A stretch of 64,000 nucleotides of DNA. Source: a virus. The stretch covers positions 7,489-71,488 of IMG/VR virus record IMGVR_UViG_3300037088_000682, one strand, 5' to 3'. This document shows, in pieces, positions 21,180-31,044 of the stretch (its first letter is position 1; every line of letters starts with the position of its first letter). The position numbers and the translations under genes were made by a program. The notes below the pieces were generated by a model. That model did no database searches. It worked only from the letters and a program-made list of their open reading frames with translations, and was not told the origin of the DNA.

Positions 21180-21521
21180 TTAGTCTCCCAGTACCTGCTT
21201 GACCACTTCTTCGAGCTCTCTCAGGTGAAACGGCTTTTGAAGGATGATTGGAAACCCCTCAAGGTACGGCCAACCAGTTATTAGAATGAATTTGTTGACT
21301 AGCTCCGGATGCTCTACCCCAAGCCAAAAGTAGAGAGATTCAACGTTCCCATCCTCGAGACTGTAGTCGGCAACGATTAGGTCGAAAGATTCGGTTCCGA
21401 CTAAGGCTTTGGCAGCAGCTACCGAGGAGGTAGTTTTTACTTCAAAACTCATAAGTTCTAGGAGGTTACTGAGTAGCCTCCGAACAACCGGTTCATCTTC
21501 TGCTAGTAGTACGCGTCGCAC
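21180..21521 (-). CDS. stand-alone response regulator receiver domain
   Basis: VLLAEDE, DLIVAD (phosphoacceptor), ITG, QKPF. Confidence 0.85.
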   Translation of the reverse strand: MRRVLLAEDEPVVRRLLSNLLELMSFEVKTTSSVAAAKALVGTESFDLIVADYSLEDGNVESLYFWLGVEHPELVNKFILITGWPYLEGFPIILQKPFHLRELEEVVKQVLGD

Positions 21522-21631
21522 CCTAAGATATTTTAGAAGTACTTTCTGGTCATTAGTGTTATATTAGCCTCTCACCTTAGTCGGTGTATCTCATTGAGAA
21601 ATCGACCTTTCATCCGTAATAGTAGGTAGCC

Positions 21632-22981
21632 GTGGACGTTCCTGAAAAAGTAGTTGAAGTTTGCAGAAGGCTCACATCAGCCGGCTTTCAATCCTGGTTG
21701 GTGGGGGGAGCCGTGCGAGACTCCATTATGGGGCGGGAAGCTCATGACTGGGATATCGCAACCAGCGCGAGACCGCCTGATGTAGCAAAGTTGTTCAGAT
21801 CGGTTGAGACCGGACTGAAACATGGAACCCTGACGGTATTGGTTGAGGACGATCAGTTCGAGGTCACCACCTTTCGGGGTGAGGGTGAGTACTCAGACGG
21901 CCGTCGGCCGGACGAGATTCAGTTCCTAGACCGAATCGATCAAGACCTGGCCCGCCGGGACTTCACGATGAATGCCATCGCCTATGACCCGATTGGCAAT
22001 GTCTTCTGTGATCCATTCAACGGCCAGGACGATATCAAAGCTCGAATAATCAGGGCCGTTGGTGATCCTCTACAAAGATTCTCCGAGGATGGATTGAGGA
22101 GTCTGCGCGCATTGAGGTTCATGGTCTCGTTGGAATTCGATATTGACATCCCAACCTACAGGGCTATTCCTCGAACCTTGGACACTTACGCGAAAGTAAG
22201 TGCCGAGCGGATTCGGGATGAGTGGTTCAAAATCATGGCCGCGCGCCGCCCATCGGAGGCCTTTAGGGCCATGGACTATACAGGTATGCTGAAACTTACG
22301 GTACCCGAGATGGTACCTATGATCGGTTGTGCCCAAAATAGGTACCATGAGTTCGACGTCTGGGAACACAGTTTGTCCACAGTGGACGCCTGCCCAGCTG
22401 AAGACGTTGTCCTGAGGTTGGGAGCACTTTTCCACGATGTTGGGAAACCCGCATCCAAAGGTACCCATCCCGAGCACGGAGATGCTACCTTCTACGACCA
22501 CGAGACCATCGGAGCCAACATGGCTACCGAATTTCTACCTCGAATGAAACTATCCAACGAGGATCAGGAGAGGATTGTCCACCTGGTGAGGCACCACTTC
22601 ATCCGGTACAGTGCCGATTGGTCGGCAGCTACTATCCGCCGGTGGGTGCGCCGAGTTGGGTTGGACAACGTGGCCAGTCTTTGCACTCTGGCCCGAGCGG
22701 ACATCTTCGGAAAAGGCAAAGCAAGAGTCCAGCTGGAAGAGGACACCATCAACGAGTTGGAATCCAAGATTGCCAATATGAAGGTCACCGAGGTTATCCC
22801 CACCTCCACCAAGGTGCTCACCATCAACGGATGCGACGTAATGACCCACCTGGGCATTGGCCCAGGGCCTACCGTCGGGAAGGTTCTGGCAGCCCTCTTA
22901 GAGCTCGTAACCGATAACCCGGAAGTCAATACCCCCGAGAACTTATTGACTCTGGCTGAGACCATAGTAGCATCCCCCTAG
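21632..22981 (+). CDS. CCA-adding tRNA nucleotidyltransferase (class II) with HD domain
   Basis: VGGAVRD, DWD, EVTTFR, DLARRDFTMNA, RFSEDGLR, SAERIRDE, H...LFHDVGK. Confidence 0.9.
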   Translation: MDVPEKVVEVCRRLTSAGFQSWLVGGAVRDSIMGREAHDWDIATSARPPDVAKLFRSVETGLKHGTLTVLVEDDQFEVTTFRGEGEYSDGRRPDEIQFLDRIDQDLARRDFTMNAIAYDPIGNVFCDPFNGQDDIKARIIRAVGDPLQRFSEDGLRSLRALRFMVSLEFDIDIPTYRAIPRTLDTYAKVSAERIRDEWFKIMAARRPSEAFRAMDYTGMLKLTVPEMVPMIGCAQNRYHEFDVWEHSLSTVDACPAEDVVLRLGALFHDVGKPASKGTHPEHGDATFYDHETIGANMATEFLPRMKLSNEDQERIVHLVRHHFIRYSADWSAATIRRWVRRVGLDNVASLCTLARADIFGKGKARVQLEEDTINELESKIANMKVTEVIPTSTKVLTINGCDVMTHLGIGPGPTVGKVLAALLELVTDNPEVNTPENLLTLAETIVASP

Positions 22982-22987
22982 GTTACT

Positions 22988-23818
22988 ATGCTAATTCTGG
23001 CAGTGATAGCGGCTATACTCGTGGTGATCATCAGTGTAGCCGCTGTCTTCATCATGCTAAGTAAGTATCAGAAGGCGAAGAATGAGGCTGAGAAACATAG
23101 GTTAGAAGCGGTAGTTGCTGCGAATGCTGCTAGGGTAGCCTTGGGTCAACGTCCCATACCAGGTTCTGGGGTGACCTCTGCGGAGATGGCCGAGCGCCTT
23201 GGTCTTGATCCTCATCCCGCTAGAGCTCCAGAGCCTCCGCCTAACCGATCAGAGACGGGTAGGAATCTCACTCAACCACGTCCAAGACCGAGATCTCGTC
23301 AAAGTGTTGAAGGGGCTTTCTCTAATATGTTTGCAGAGATGGGTACTTCGATGGACTCGCTCTTCAATGGCCTCACTCGAAATATGAACAATGTAGTAGA
23401 GCAAGCTACGCAGCTTGCAAACGTAGCCACGAGCATTGCTCGTGATGCTCAAACCCTTATTGAATTAGGGGTAACTCCAAATCAGATTGTTGTAAATCAA
23501 ACACGTTCGTGGAACCTCAGAAACCTCAATACACTCCTTGGGAGAGGGACTCGAACCCTACGACTGTTGGAGACTAGACACCCTGAGGAGTACCAGAATT
23601 GGGGTGAGTTGGTTCAACGGTTCATGACTAGTATTCAATCTGGTGAGTTGGTAATTCGAGATAACTTCATTGAGTCCGCTTCGATGAGTTCAGTAGTCAC
23701 AGGCCCCAGCGGCCCACGTTGCTCCATAGGAGGGCAACCTACACAACCTGAGACCAAAGCTGTTGTAGAACCCGAGAAGCCTATCCCTACTCGGTTCGAG
23801 CGAGATCCGGTGATATGA
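22988..23818 (+). CDS. membrane-anchored hypothetical protein, C-terminal tag PTRFERDPVI
   Basis: N-terminal TM; tag at the terminus. Confidence 0.75.
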   Translation: MLILAVIAAILVVIISVAAVFIMLSKYQKAKNEAEKHRLEAVVAANAARVALGQRPIPGSGVTSAEMAERLGLDPHPARAPEPPPNRSETGRNLTQPRPRPRSRQSVEGAFSNMFAEMGTSMDSLFNGLTRNMNNVVEQATQLANVATSIARDAQTLIELGVTPNQIVVNQTRSWNLRNLNTLLGRGTRTLRLLETRHPEEYQNWGELVQRFMTSIQSGELVIRDNFIESASMSSVVTGPSGPRCSIGGQPTQPETKAVVEPEKPIPTRFERDPVI

Positions 23819-24870
23819 TGCACTTTGACTTGAGCGCTATAGTCCTAACCTTCCTGTTCTGGGCTATCTTCGTTTGGTTGGTGTCTTATCGCAAGTGGTT
23901 CTGGGGGGGCTTGAAAGTTAATCTACTCGTTTGTGGATCACTTGCTGGTCTAGGGATCTTGTCCCTCTACGCAGTAGATTATCCAGGAGTCATTAATTTC
24001 CTACACTTGAACAAGCTCCTGTCTACTGAGGTTAGTCACCACGCTCTCACTCTTATAGGGTTCATGTTCCTAGTTTTTTCATTATCGTTCAGAGTGGTTT
24101 TGCAACCCAACCCTGAGCCACGCTTTAGGCGCTTCGTCTCTGAACATCACGTGTTCCCTCTTTCTGGAACAAGACACATCATTGATGGTACTCGAGTGCG
24201 AGAGGGGGACTTAGTCCTTCTTACACAACAGAGGAATGCTATAGAGAATGGCCCTTGGGTTGTTCACCGTAAGCGATGGGTTAGAGATCTACGCTGTCCC
24301 ACTGGGCAGCATGCTTTTGGTTCGTGGGTACTCACCACTAGTGGTGAAACTAGGGGGAGAACACTGTGGTTATGTGGGTTAAGCCGAAACGACTTGGTCG
24401 GGCAAGGAGAGTTGGTTTGGAGTCAGATCAACGCGACTACCCAACTCCGTACCTTTATGTCACTTCAGATCCCCAAATCTGTTGGGGAGGCCGCACTATT
24501 CCTTCTCGAGTCAGGAGTGTTCCCACATCAAGTTAGAGGAGGAGATAGAGCTTACACAGTGGGTCACCTCCGAGAACGAGGTATCATCTCGTATACGGCT
24601 GAGGGGATCTTGATGAACAAGACCGATACCCAGGGGGACTCTCCTGATTGGGGGCCTCGAGTTAGGGCAACCATGCGACTTCTCATTCACTCTGGCGAGT
24701 ATGACTATGATAAACATGAATACGAGGGTCTCCTTGCCGCTGGGTTAGAACATCGACTAACAGCTTCAGACTTCGGAGCTGATCTGACGTTTCGGATTAA
24801 GAACGAAGTGAGTGAAGTGGATGAACCTAAGTTGCCACCAACTCGATTTGAAAGGGATGCTGTTGTATGA
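23815..24870 (+). CDS. three-TM protein with tail-fibre-like domain, C-terminal tag PTRFERDAVV
   Basis: Three hydrophobic helices; LSG..IIDG...GDLVLL..Q....ENGPWVV motif; tag at the terminus. Confidence 0.7.
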   Translation: MMHFDLSAIVLTFLFWAIFVWLVSYRKWFWGGLKVNLLVCGSLAGLGILSLYAVDYPGVINFLHLNKLLSTEVSHHALTLIGFMFLVFSLSFRVVLQPNPEPRFRRFVSEHHVFPLSGTRHIIDGTRVREGDLVLLTQQRNAIENGPWVVHRKRWVRDLRCPTGQHAFGSWVLTTSGETRGRTLWLCGLSRNDLVGQGELVWSQINATTQLRTFMSLQIPKSVGEAALFLLESGVFPHQVRGGDRAYTVGHLRERGIISYTAEGILMNKTDTQGDSPDWGPRVRATMRLLIHSGEYDYDKHEYEGLLAAGLEHRLTASDFGADLTFRIKNEVSEVDEPKLPPTRFERDAVV

Positions 24871-25397
24871 CTGACCCTTCCCTGACCAAGCTTCTGTTGA
24901 GTATAACGGTGCCCCTACTCGTTATTACTTTCCATACTTTCTATCAAGCTAATGTAAAGTACAAGAGCCACAATACTGCAGCCATCCTCAAATTCAGGTT
25001 GGGTATGCTCGCTGTGTTCTTGGTTTTACTAATGATGTTCTTGGTAACACTCATCAAGGTACAGCGCATTGATACACACTTAAACATCCATTATTGGGAG
25101 AGCCCTCTTATCATACTTTTCGCCATTAATGCTGTTGCTTTCGGTCGCTTCGTTTTTAGCATACCAGACGCTACCTTCCTAGAAAGAGCTCGGATAGCTA
25201 GTAATGAAGGGGTGCTAGCCCATAATGAAAGTGTTCTTAGGGAACTCAGAGGTGTCCAAGAAGCGATGGGTCAACGCACCCCGTTCAACCCAGACGCTAC
25301 CATCAAACGCACCCACCCAATTGAAGCCCCTACCCCAAAGAAGCCAGAACCCGAAGTGTATAGACCAACACGGTTTGAACGTGATGAAGTGATTTGA
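24867..25397 (+). CDS. three-TM membrane protein, C-terminal tag PTRFERDEVI
   Basis: Hydrophobic helices; ATGA coupling; tag at the terminus. Confidence 0.75.
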   Translation: MTDPSLTKLLLSITVPLLVITFHTFYQANVKYKSHNTAAILKFRLGMLAVFLVLLMMFLVTLIKVQRIDTHLNIHYWESPLIILFAINAVAFGRFVFSIPDATFLERARIASNEGVLAHNESVLRELRGVQEAMGQRTPFNPDATIKRTHPIEAPTPKKPEPEVYRPTRFERDEVI

Positions 25398-25406
25398 GAA
25401 TCTGAA

Positions 25407-25994
25407 ATGAAGAAGACATTAGGTTTTGTACCAATCCTAGCAATAGTAGCAGTATTCACGTGTGTCACCCTCGTTGTAGTAACGAGAGGGACTAGTCGCA
25501 GAGACCAAGTACATCAGCAAATATTGGCTGCTACGTCCTCAGCAATAGAGAACTCCAAAGAAGCTTCAGCAATTTCGAACCGTACAGCGGCTAGCCTTTC
25601 CGCCGCCCCCAGTGCTTCCGTCGATAAGATTGAACCCCGTTCGATCATGAGGATTCATTTCCCTCGGGATAAGGAACTGGAGTTTGGGGTTAGGAGCCTA
25701 CGTCTCGGAATCTACCCCACAGAGGTCGCGGCCAAAGAAGCCCAAACCAAGTTTGGTGCCTATATCACCAAGTGTGTTAACTACTCTTTGACTTCCGATT
25801 GGGCCTGGTGGTGCCATTTGGATTTACTCAAGCGTACCAAGATTGAAAAAGACCACGGTCAGTGGCAGTTGTACCTTGAGAACCTAACCGTTCCGGAGGG
25901 GATGAACCTCTGTGCATTTCTCTGGGTATCCCCTGAGATGCTGGAAGTTCCTTGGGCTCGGTTACCTAACAACACCTGCGTATTCAGGAACTAA
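25407..25994 (+). CDS. exported or membrane-anchored hypothetical protein
   Basis: MKK plus hydrophobic N-terminus; Ser/Ala linker. Confidence 0.6.
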   Translation: MKKTLGFVPILAIVAVFTCVTLVVVTRGTSRRDQVHQQILAATSSAIENSKEASAISNRTAASLSAAPSASVDKIEPRSIMRIHFPRDKELEFGVRSLRLGIYPTEVAAKEAQTKFGAYITKCVNYSLTSDWAWWCHLDLLKRTKIEKDHGQWQLYLENLTVPEGMNLCAFLWVSPEMLEVPWARLPNNTCVFRN

Positions 25995-26296
25995 TGAGTC
26001 GATACACTGAGTTGGTTGGGAAGCTTCAGCAAGGCGAGACCATCACTTACCGGGAATTCGGGAACTCGATGTTGCCCAAACTCAAGAGCCGTGTCCTGGT
26101 GACCGTCAGTCCCTGCCAGCTTGAGGACTGTGCAGTGGGGGACATCGTCCTAGCCAAGGTTCGTGGAGCCCACTACCTGCACTACGTGAAGGCTATCTCC
26201 AACCAAGGAGTTCAGATAGGAAATGCCAGCGGCCACATCAATGGCTGGACTCGAAACGTCTACGGGAAACTCGCCTCCTACGAGAACCCTCAATGA
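25994..26296 (+). CDS. S24/S26 peptidase-like protein
   Basis: GNSMLP and GDIVLAKV..HYLH..K motifs. Confidence 0.6.
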   Translation: MSRYTELVGKLQQGETITYREFGNSMLPKLKSRVLVTVSPCQLEDCAVGDIVLAKVRGAHYLHYVKAISNQGVQIGNASGHINGWTRNVYGKLASYENPQ

Positions 26297-26870
26297 GAGT
26301 GCCTTTAACCTACCAGAAGATACCAGATACCCACAACTGCCCCCTCAAACAGTGCCTAGTTTTTGAGAAGTACGACGGGACTAACCTCCATTGGGTATTG
26401 AATCCTAAGTTTGGTTGGATAGACTATGGTACCCGCCGTGATCGGTTCCCCTTCAACATCGCTGGAGGTAGGAAGTTCGAACAGGCCCATCCTGAATTAT
26501 CTGGAGTTCAGCCAACGAGATTGTGGTATTCACTGAGTACTTCGGGCCTAACTCGTTTGCCGGGATGCATCAACCCGGGGACGAAATGGATCTGATCATC
26601 TTTGATGTTCAGATCGATGGTAATCTTCTTCCTCCAGAAGAGTTCCTCAGGGTCTTCAAAGACTTCAACATCGCTCGAGTTGTCTTCAAAGGCAAGTACT
26701 CGGGTCAGCTCTTCAATGACGTTCGGGAAGGCAAGTACGGGGTGAAGGAAGGCGTGGTGGTGAAGGGCGTAGCCGATGGTCAGCTCTACATGGCCAAGAT
26801 TAAGACAAACGCTTACCTAGAACGCTTGAAGAATACGTTCGGGGATTCCTGGAAAGAGTACTGGGAGTAG
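26293..26870 (+). pseudogene. RNA ligase-like nucleotidyltransferase, split by a frameshift near 26510
   Basis: Motif I FEKYDGTN in ORF 26293..26595; FTEYFG, IFDV, EGVVVK and KIK in ORF 26523..26870. Confidence 0.7.
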
Positions 26871-26880
26871 CGGTGTATTA

Positions 26881-27318
26881 GTGGGAATGCTACTAAGACT
26901 TGAAGACCTCACCTTAGATCCCTCTGATTACCTCCACACATTAGCGGTGAGACTCCCCTTACCTAGTGATTGGGAGATTGAGGCTCATCAAGGTATTGCT
27001 AGGTGTGGGGTAATGCTACGGGGTCAAAACAGCAGAGAATCCCTTTGGCTCCCTTTCGATGAGAGGGATGACTTTTATGGTACCGTATTGTTTCGGCAAC
27101 CAGCAGCTCGTGAAGATCAAGTCCTGTCCTGGACTTACTTGGTCAACATTTGGTACCAATCGAGGGAGGTTATCCCTTGGCATGTTACTCTGACCTCGCA
27201 CCCTTCAACTTGGCACTTCAGCTTCGGATTAGCCGGAAGTAATCAGGGTGTCAGGGTCATCCTTCCTGACTACATACCCCTAGCTCATCCTCAGTTAGAA
27301 TCCGTTGGAACCGGGTAA
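26881..27318 (+). CDS. hypothetical protein
   Basis: GGTGTA upstream; 145-aa ORF. Confidence 0.5.
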   Translation: MGMLLRLEDLTLDPSDYLHTLAVRLPLPSDWEIEAHQGIARCGVMLRGQNSRESLWLPFDERDDFYGTVLFRQPAAREDQVLSWTYLVNIWYQSREVIPWHVTLTSHPSTWHFSFGLAGSNQGVRVILPDYIPLAHPQLESVGTG

Positions 27319-27643
27319 GGATCCCCCGTCGACAATAGGCTGCGATGATGATGCTGGACATATCATCCACGTGTTTAGCTCCGTGTACTTGCTCCATATG
27401 CTGGGCAAGTTCTGACCTTTGCCACAAGCCCCACTTGTTTCTGAGATACCGTCCTAAGGTGCTATGCAGCTCAGTGACAGCTGTTTTCTCGTTGGCTACA
27501 CTGAGGAAGGCTCGGACATCGTCATTCAACATCTGATCTAGAGCAATGAGCGCTTCTTCAAGTGTTCTAGGTTGAAGCGCCTCCTCTTTGACTTTAGCGT
27601 GCAAAGGTGAGTCTTTAAGAGCTTTTGGTTTCTCGAGTGGCAT
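27257..27643 (-). CDS. hypothetical protein, near-terminal tag TRFQRILTEDE
   Basis: H.TLGRYLRNKWGLW...H.DDMS motif; tag near the terminus. Confidence 0.65.
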   Translation of the reverse strand: MPLEKPKALKDSPLHAKVKEEALQPRTLEEALIALDQMLNDDVRAFLSVANEKTAVTELHSTLGRYLRNKWGLWQRSELAQHMEQVHGAKHVDDMSSIIIAAYCRRGILTRFQRILTEDELGVCSQEG

Positions 27644-27830
27644 CGGACACCTCTAACGGTGGACGGCCTGTTGGGATTGTTTTTAAGGGCTTCTTGATAA
27701 GAGGTTCAAACGCCACTTCGGGCGGATCACAGATGCAAACCTCAAGCCTCTCTTTACAGGTAGCACCGTAACCACTATCACCGATTATTCTGCAAATGAG
27801 AAAAGACATAGCCGGTGTACTAACTATATC

Positions 27831-28298
27831 ATGGTTGCTAAAAGCAATACAGGTTCCCAGCTTAGTTGGGAGAAAAAGTGGTTCGTTATGGAGGCAAACG
27901 GGCAGCCCTTCAAGAAGGAACTCGATTGTTATCGAATAACAGAGCCGGAAAGCGGGTACATAGTCAAGATGGGGTGCATCAGGCACTTTGTCCCCGCAGG
28001 TAAGTGTTATCAAACCGAACAAGAAGCCGGTGTCAAAGTTGCTGAGCTACAGAGCCTTGTTGGTGTCCGCGAGCAATTGGCCGCCTATGCCCATGAAGCC
28101 TGGTCATGCTGGATGAAGTACCTGTTCAGCAAGTGCACCCCTTTGACTGGGGGTGGGCTAGCTATCGATAGGAGTCTCGTTGAGCGGTGGGAGCGGCAAA
28201 TGAACACACCCTACGCGGAGCTATCGGAAGATGAAAAGGCTTCCGATAGAGACGAAGCTCACAAGATGTTGGACATCATGGCGAAGGCCAAAAGTTAG
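27831..28298 (+). CDS. hypothetical protein
   Basis: AHEAW...PYAELSEDEK..DR (RyR-domain-like pattern). Confidence 0.55.
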   Translation: MVAKSNTGSQLSWEKKWFVMEANGQPFKKELDCYRITEPESGYIVKMGCIRHFVPAGKCYQTEQEAGVKVAELQSLVGVREQLAAYAHEAWSCWMKYLFSKCTPLTGGGLAIDRSLVERWERQMNTPYAELSEDEKASDRDEAHKMLDIMAKAKS

Positions 28299-28621
28299 CC
28301 CGGGTGCCGACCTAGAAGCGCAAACACATCAGTAACCCTTGCCCCTGTATTGCGCATAGCTTGAACCAAGCACCTAGCACTATAAGCTCCCTTGAATGCA
28401 TTCAAAACATTCTGTAGCTTTCGAGCATCCTTTTCCTTGAGAGCATCCTGCACCTCAATGAGAACATCAGTGTCATCCATTGCAGTTTTCGGTGACACAC
28501 TAGCTGCTAGCTTCACCAAAGACTGAGCTAGCCTCTCTCGACTTGGATTAGGTGTTTTGGCGTAATCCAGTATTCCCTGAAGGGAAGCTGCTAGTTCTCT
28601 TGAATCAGCGATCTTATCCAT
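28295..28621 (-). CDS. hypothetical protein, possibly virion-associated
   Basis: 108-aa helical ORF; its ribosome-binding site lies in a 13-bp hairpin. Confidence 0.55.
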   Translation of the reverse strand: MDKIADSRELAASLQGILDYAKTPNPSRERLAQSLVKLAASVSPKTAMDDTDVLIEVQDALKEKDARKLQNVLNAFKGAYSARCLVQAMRNTGARVTDVFALLGRHPG

Positions 28622-28626
28622 GGGGT

Positions 28627-28669
28627 TACCTTTTGAGATCCAAGTCCGCTACCTGAATCTCAAAAGGTA
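28627..28669 (-). promoter_or_regulatory. 13-bp stem hairpin overlapping the ribosome-binding site of gene 28295..28621
   Basis: TACCTTTTGAGAT (28627-39) pairs with ATCTCAAAAGGTA (28657-69); 17-nt loop; 5 nt from the ATG. Confidence 0.55.
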
Positions 28670-28689
28670 TAGAAGGACTATTCAGTAGA

Positions 28690-29061
28690 TCAACGCGGGC
28701 AGGGGATCCCACTAGCAGCTCGGCTCTTCTCGAACTCGATCTGAGCCTCGGCTTCTTCCTCTGGGGAGAGCTTTCCTCCGAAGCAACCCCCGTCCATGAG
28801 ATCCTTCACCGTAAGGCCTTCTGGTAGCATGTCTTCAACCAAGAACATGCCCTTGACCTTGGTGCCACCCTCTTCCTCGATTGTGGACTCAACGTAGAGG
28901 TGTGGGTACCCTTCCTTGTCGATGACCAACTGCCATCGACCATCCTCAGGCTTGATTACACCCTGAGCTTCGGGATCACTATCGTATCTGCCTATGCAAA
29001 TATTCTGCATTTTGAATGACTCTTTCAGCGGGAGGTTATGAACCAACCGGAAGTCATCCAC
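28690..29061 (-). CDS. hypothetical protein
   Basis: 123-aa ORF. Confidence 0.55.
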   Translation of the reverse strand: MDDFRLVHNLPLKESFKMQNICIGRYDSDPEAQGVIKPEDGRWQLVIDKEGYPHLYVESTIEEEGGTKVKGMFLVEDMLPEGLTVKDLMDGGCFGGKLSPEEEAEAQIEFEKSRAASGIPCPR

Positions 29062-29131
29062 TTCACGGTAATGGGTACCCTAATCCGTCGATTCGAAACT
29101 GTCAAGAACCAATTTCGGTGTAGTTGGGTCA

Positions 29132-29509
29132 ATGAAGCCAGGTGATGTTCTCCCCGATGGGCTCATTGCCTATCATGCTTGCGCAGTACTCAACGATTTA
29201 GACATCCTGGTAGCGCTCCCCTCCTTCGTACTCGACGATGTAAGGAGGAACTCCGGGATCACTCCCGAGTGGCCTCTGGGCATCTACGTCGTGTTCACTG
29301 AAGAGGGCATCCTCCTCGGTGTTCACGGGAAGAATAGCGAGGGTGACTTCGAGGACAAGGTGAGCTTCCTCGAGCTCACCGATGATAAAGTACCCGACAT
29401 AGGCGAGGAGATCTGGACTATGTGGAAGATTCATCGAAGCGCCTCCGATGAATCTGTCGAAGCCAACTACAAGATCCTGTTGGATCGAACCTTGGGGAAA
29501 TCCAACTAA
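29132..29509 (+). CDS. hypothetical protein
   Basis: GGTGTA-9nt-ATG upstream. Confidence 0.65.
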   Translation: MKPGDVLPDGLIAYHACAVLNDLDILVALPSFVLDDVRRNSGITPEWPLGIYVVFTEEGILLGVHGKNSEGDFEDKVSFLELTDDKVPDIGEEIWTMWKIHRSASDESVEANYKILLDRTLGKSN

Positions 29510-30006
29510 TGCCCTTAAACCAAAATGAAGTGTTCCCGGTGATGCAGAAAGATCAGTGGTGGGCTCAAAAGGGAACCCTTGCTCTCCTGCACGTATTGTC
29601 CGTAGATTACTACTATACTTGTGCCGATAGTTATTTTGAATTAGAGGTCTGGGCACCCAATGAACCACCTGGAAATAAGTGGAATTGGGCTCAGGGACTG
29701 GGGCCACCAAAGCAATCTCTCCTTTGGTTCAGATCCAGATTAGACGTAAAACACCCCGTTGAGAGCTACAAGACCGGAACTGTCTACATTTCAGCAAGGA
29801 ACCACCAACTCTTCTTTGTCGCAAACATCGAGGGTGGGGTCTGGATTCTCGCAGATTGGGAGGTCACCCTTGAAGACCTCCGACAATCGTATGTGTTTCA
29901 ACCAGCCCCTGTTGATCCCAATCAGATCCTCGAAACTAGGTTGGAAAGGGTTTTAGGTGAAGACCATGCTCCGACTGAAAGTCACTCCAATCTTCCGTTG
30001 GTATGA
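29509..30006 (+). CDS. hypothetical protein, tag variant TRLERVLGED
   Basis: TAATG coupling; tag near the C-terminus. Confidence 0.65.
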   Translation: MPLNQNEVFPVMQKDQWWAQKGTLALLHVLSVDYYYTCADSYFELEVWAPNEPPGNKWNWAQGLGPPKQSLLWFRSRLDVKHPVESYKTGTVYISARNHQLFFVANIEGGVWILADWEVTLEDLRQSYVFQPAPVDPNQILETRLERVLGEDHAPTESHSNLPLV

Positions 30007-30083
30007 CTTCTGGGTTGGCGTCTTCGTTGACACCAAAAAGCGCTCGGTCTACCTATTTTACCTTCCAATGTGTGGGGTGAGGT

Positions 30084-30464
30084 TTGACTACTAGTGAGAT
30101 CAACGTCAACATCGCACTATTTGTAGTCTTTGGGATTGGGTGTGTCCTACCCTTAACTATGCTGTTCGTCGCCCGTTGGTGGCATGCAAGGAAGCTTAAA
30201 AAAGAATCGTCGGCCAACTTGACAAGTGTAGGCGACGAGAGTACACTCACCTACATGGACTACAACCAAAAAGAAGTTCACGGCCTGTTCCACACGCTAT
30301 GGTCAAAGGCCGTTGGTACTGAAAACTACAATAAATCCGAATGGAAGCAGCTGGGGAACTACCTCTATGCTCTGATGGAAGCCCCTGGTGCCTCTCAAAA
30401 GATCGCGGGTACCGAGAAGGAAGTCAAACCCCCGACCCGATTCCAGCGCGACGAAGTGGTTTAG
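30084..30464 (+). CDS. membrane-anchored protein, C-terminal tag PTRFQRDEVV
   Basis: N-terminal TM; tag at the terminus. Confidence 0.7.
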   Translation: MTTSEINVNIALFVVFGIGCVLPLTMLFVARWWHARKLKKESSANLTSVGDESTLTYMDYNQKEVHGLFHTLWSKAVGTENYNKSEWKQLGNYLYALMEAPGASQKIAGTEKEVKPPTRFQRDEVV

Positions 30465-30982
30465 GACTCCAGAAATTGAAGGTACGGTACTCCCAAAGAG
30501 GCTGTGATTGCAGCGGTCTCTTCTGGTAGCGGTACTCTCGACTCCTGCAAGAAGTCCGTGTAACAGATGAGTGTGTTCTTTCGATGAGGGAGACCCTCAG
30601 CCTTTCGCTTCAGGAGATACCGAAATAGTTCCGGGGTTCCACACGCAGTGCCATCAGTATTCTTACCCAAGTAAATGACCACCTGAGACCGTCTCAGAAG
30701 TGGCAGGAGACCGTTGTCATAGTTGGAGGGCCAACTGACGAAGGCGACCTCAATGGGGTCATCCTGGACGTCCCTGAATAGCATCTTACGATACTCAATC
30801 TCATCCGGAACCCCGTTGAAGTGAAGGTCCTCTTTTTCAATAGCAATGACCTTCGTGGCCCCGAGCCGAAGTAATTCACAGGTTAAGTACAAGTCACCGG
30901 CTCCGAGATCATAGACAACCTGACCTCGAACAAGTCCTTCAACTAAACTGGCTTGCTGGTCAGTTAGGGTACCGTAAGGCAT
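30461..30982 (-). CDS. class I SAM-dependent methyltransferase-like protein
   Basis: VYDLGAGD motif I; VIAIE; VSWP. Confidence 0.6.
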   Translation of the reverse strand: MPYGTLTDQQASLVEGLVRGQVVYDLGAGDLYLTCELLRLGATKVIAIEKEDLHFNGVPDEIEYRKMLFRDVQDDPIEVAFVSWPSNYDNGLLPLLRRSQVVIYLGKNTDGTACGTPELFRYLLKRKAEGLPHRKNTLICYTDFLQESRVPLPEETAAITASLGVPYLQFLES

Positions 30983-31044
30983 ACCCCTAGTATAAACCGC
31001 AAGGTTATTCTAGATCAAGAAGATTCCGGTTCAAAAACTGAGCT

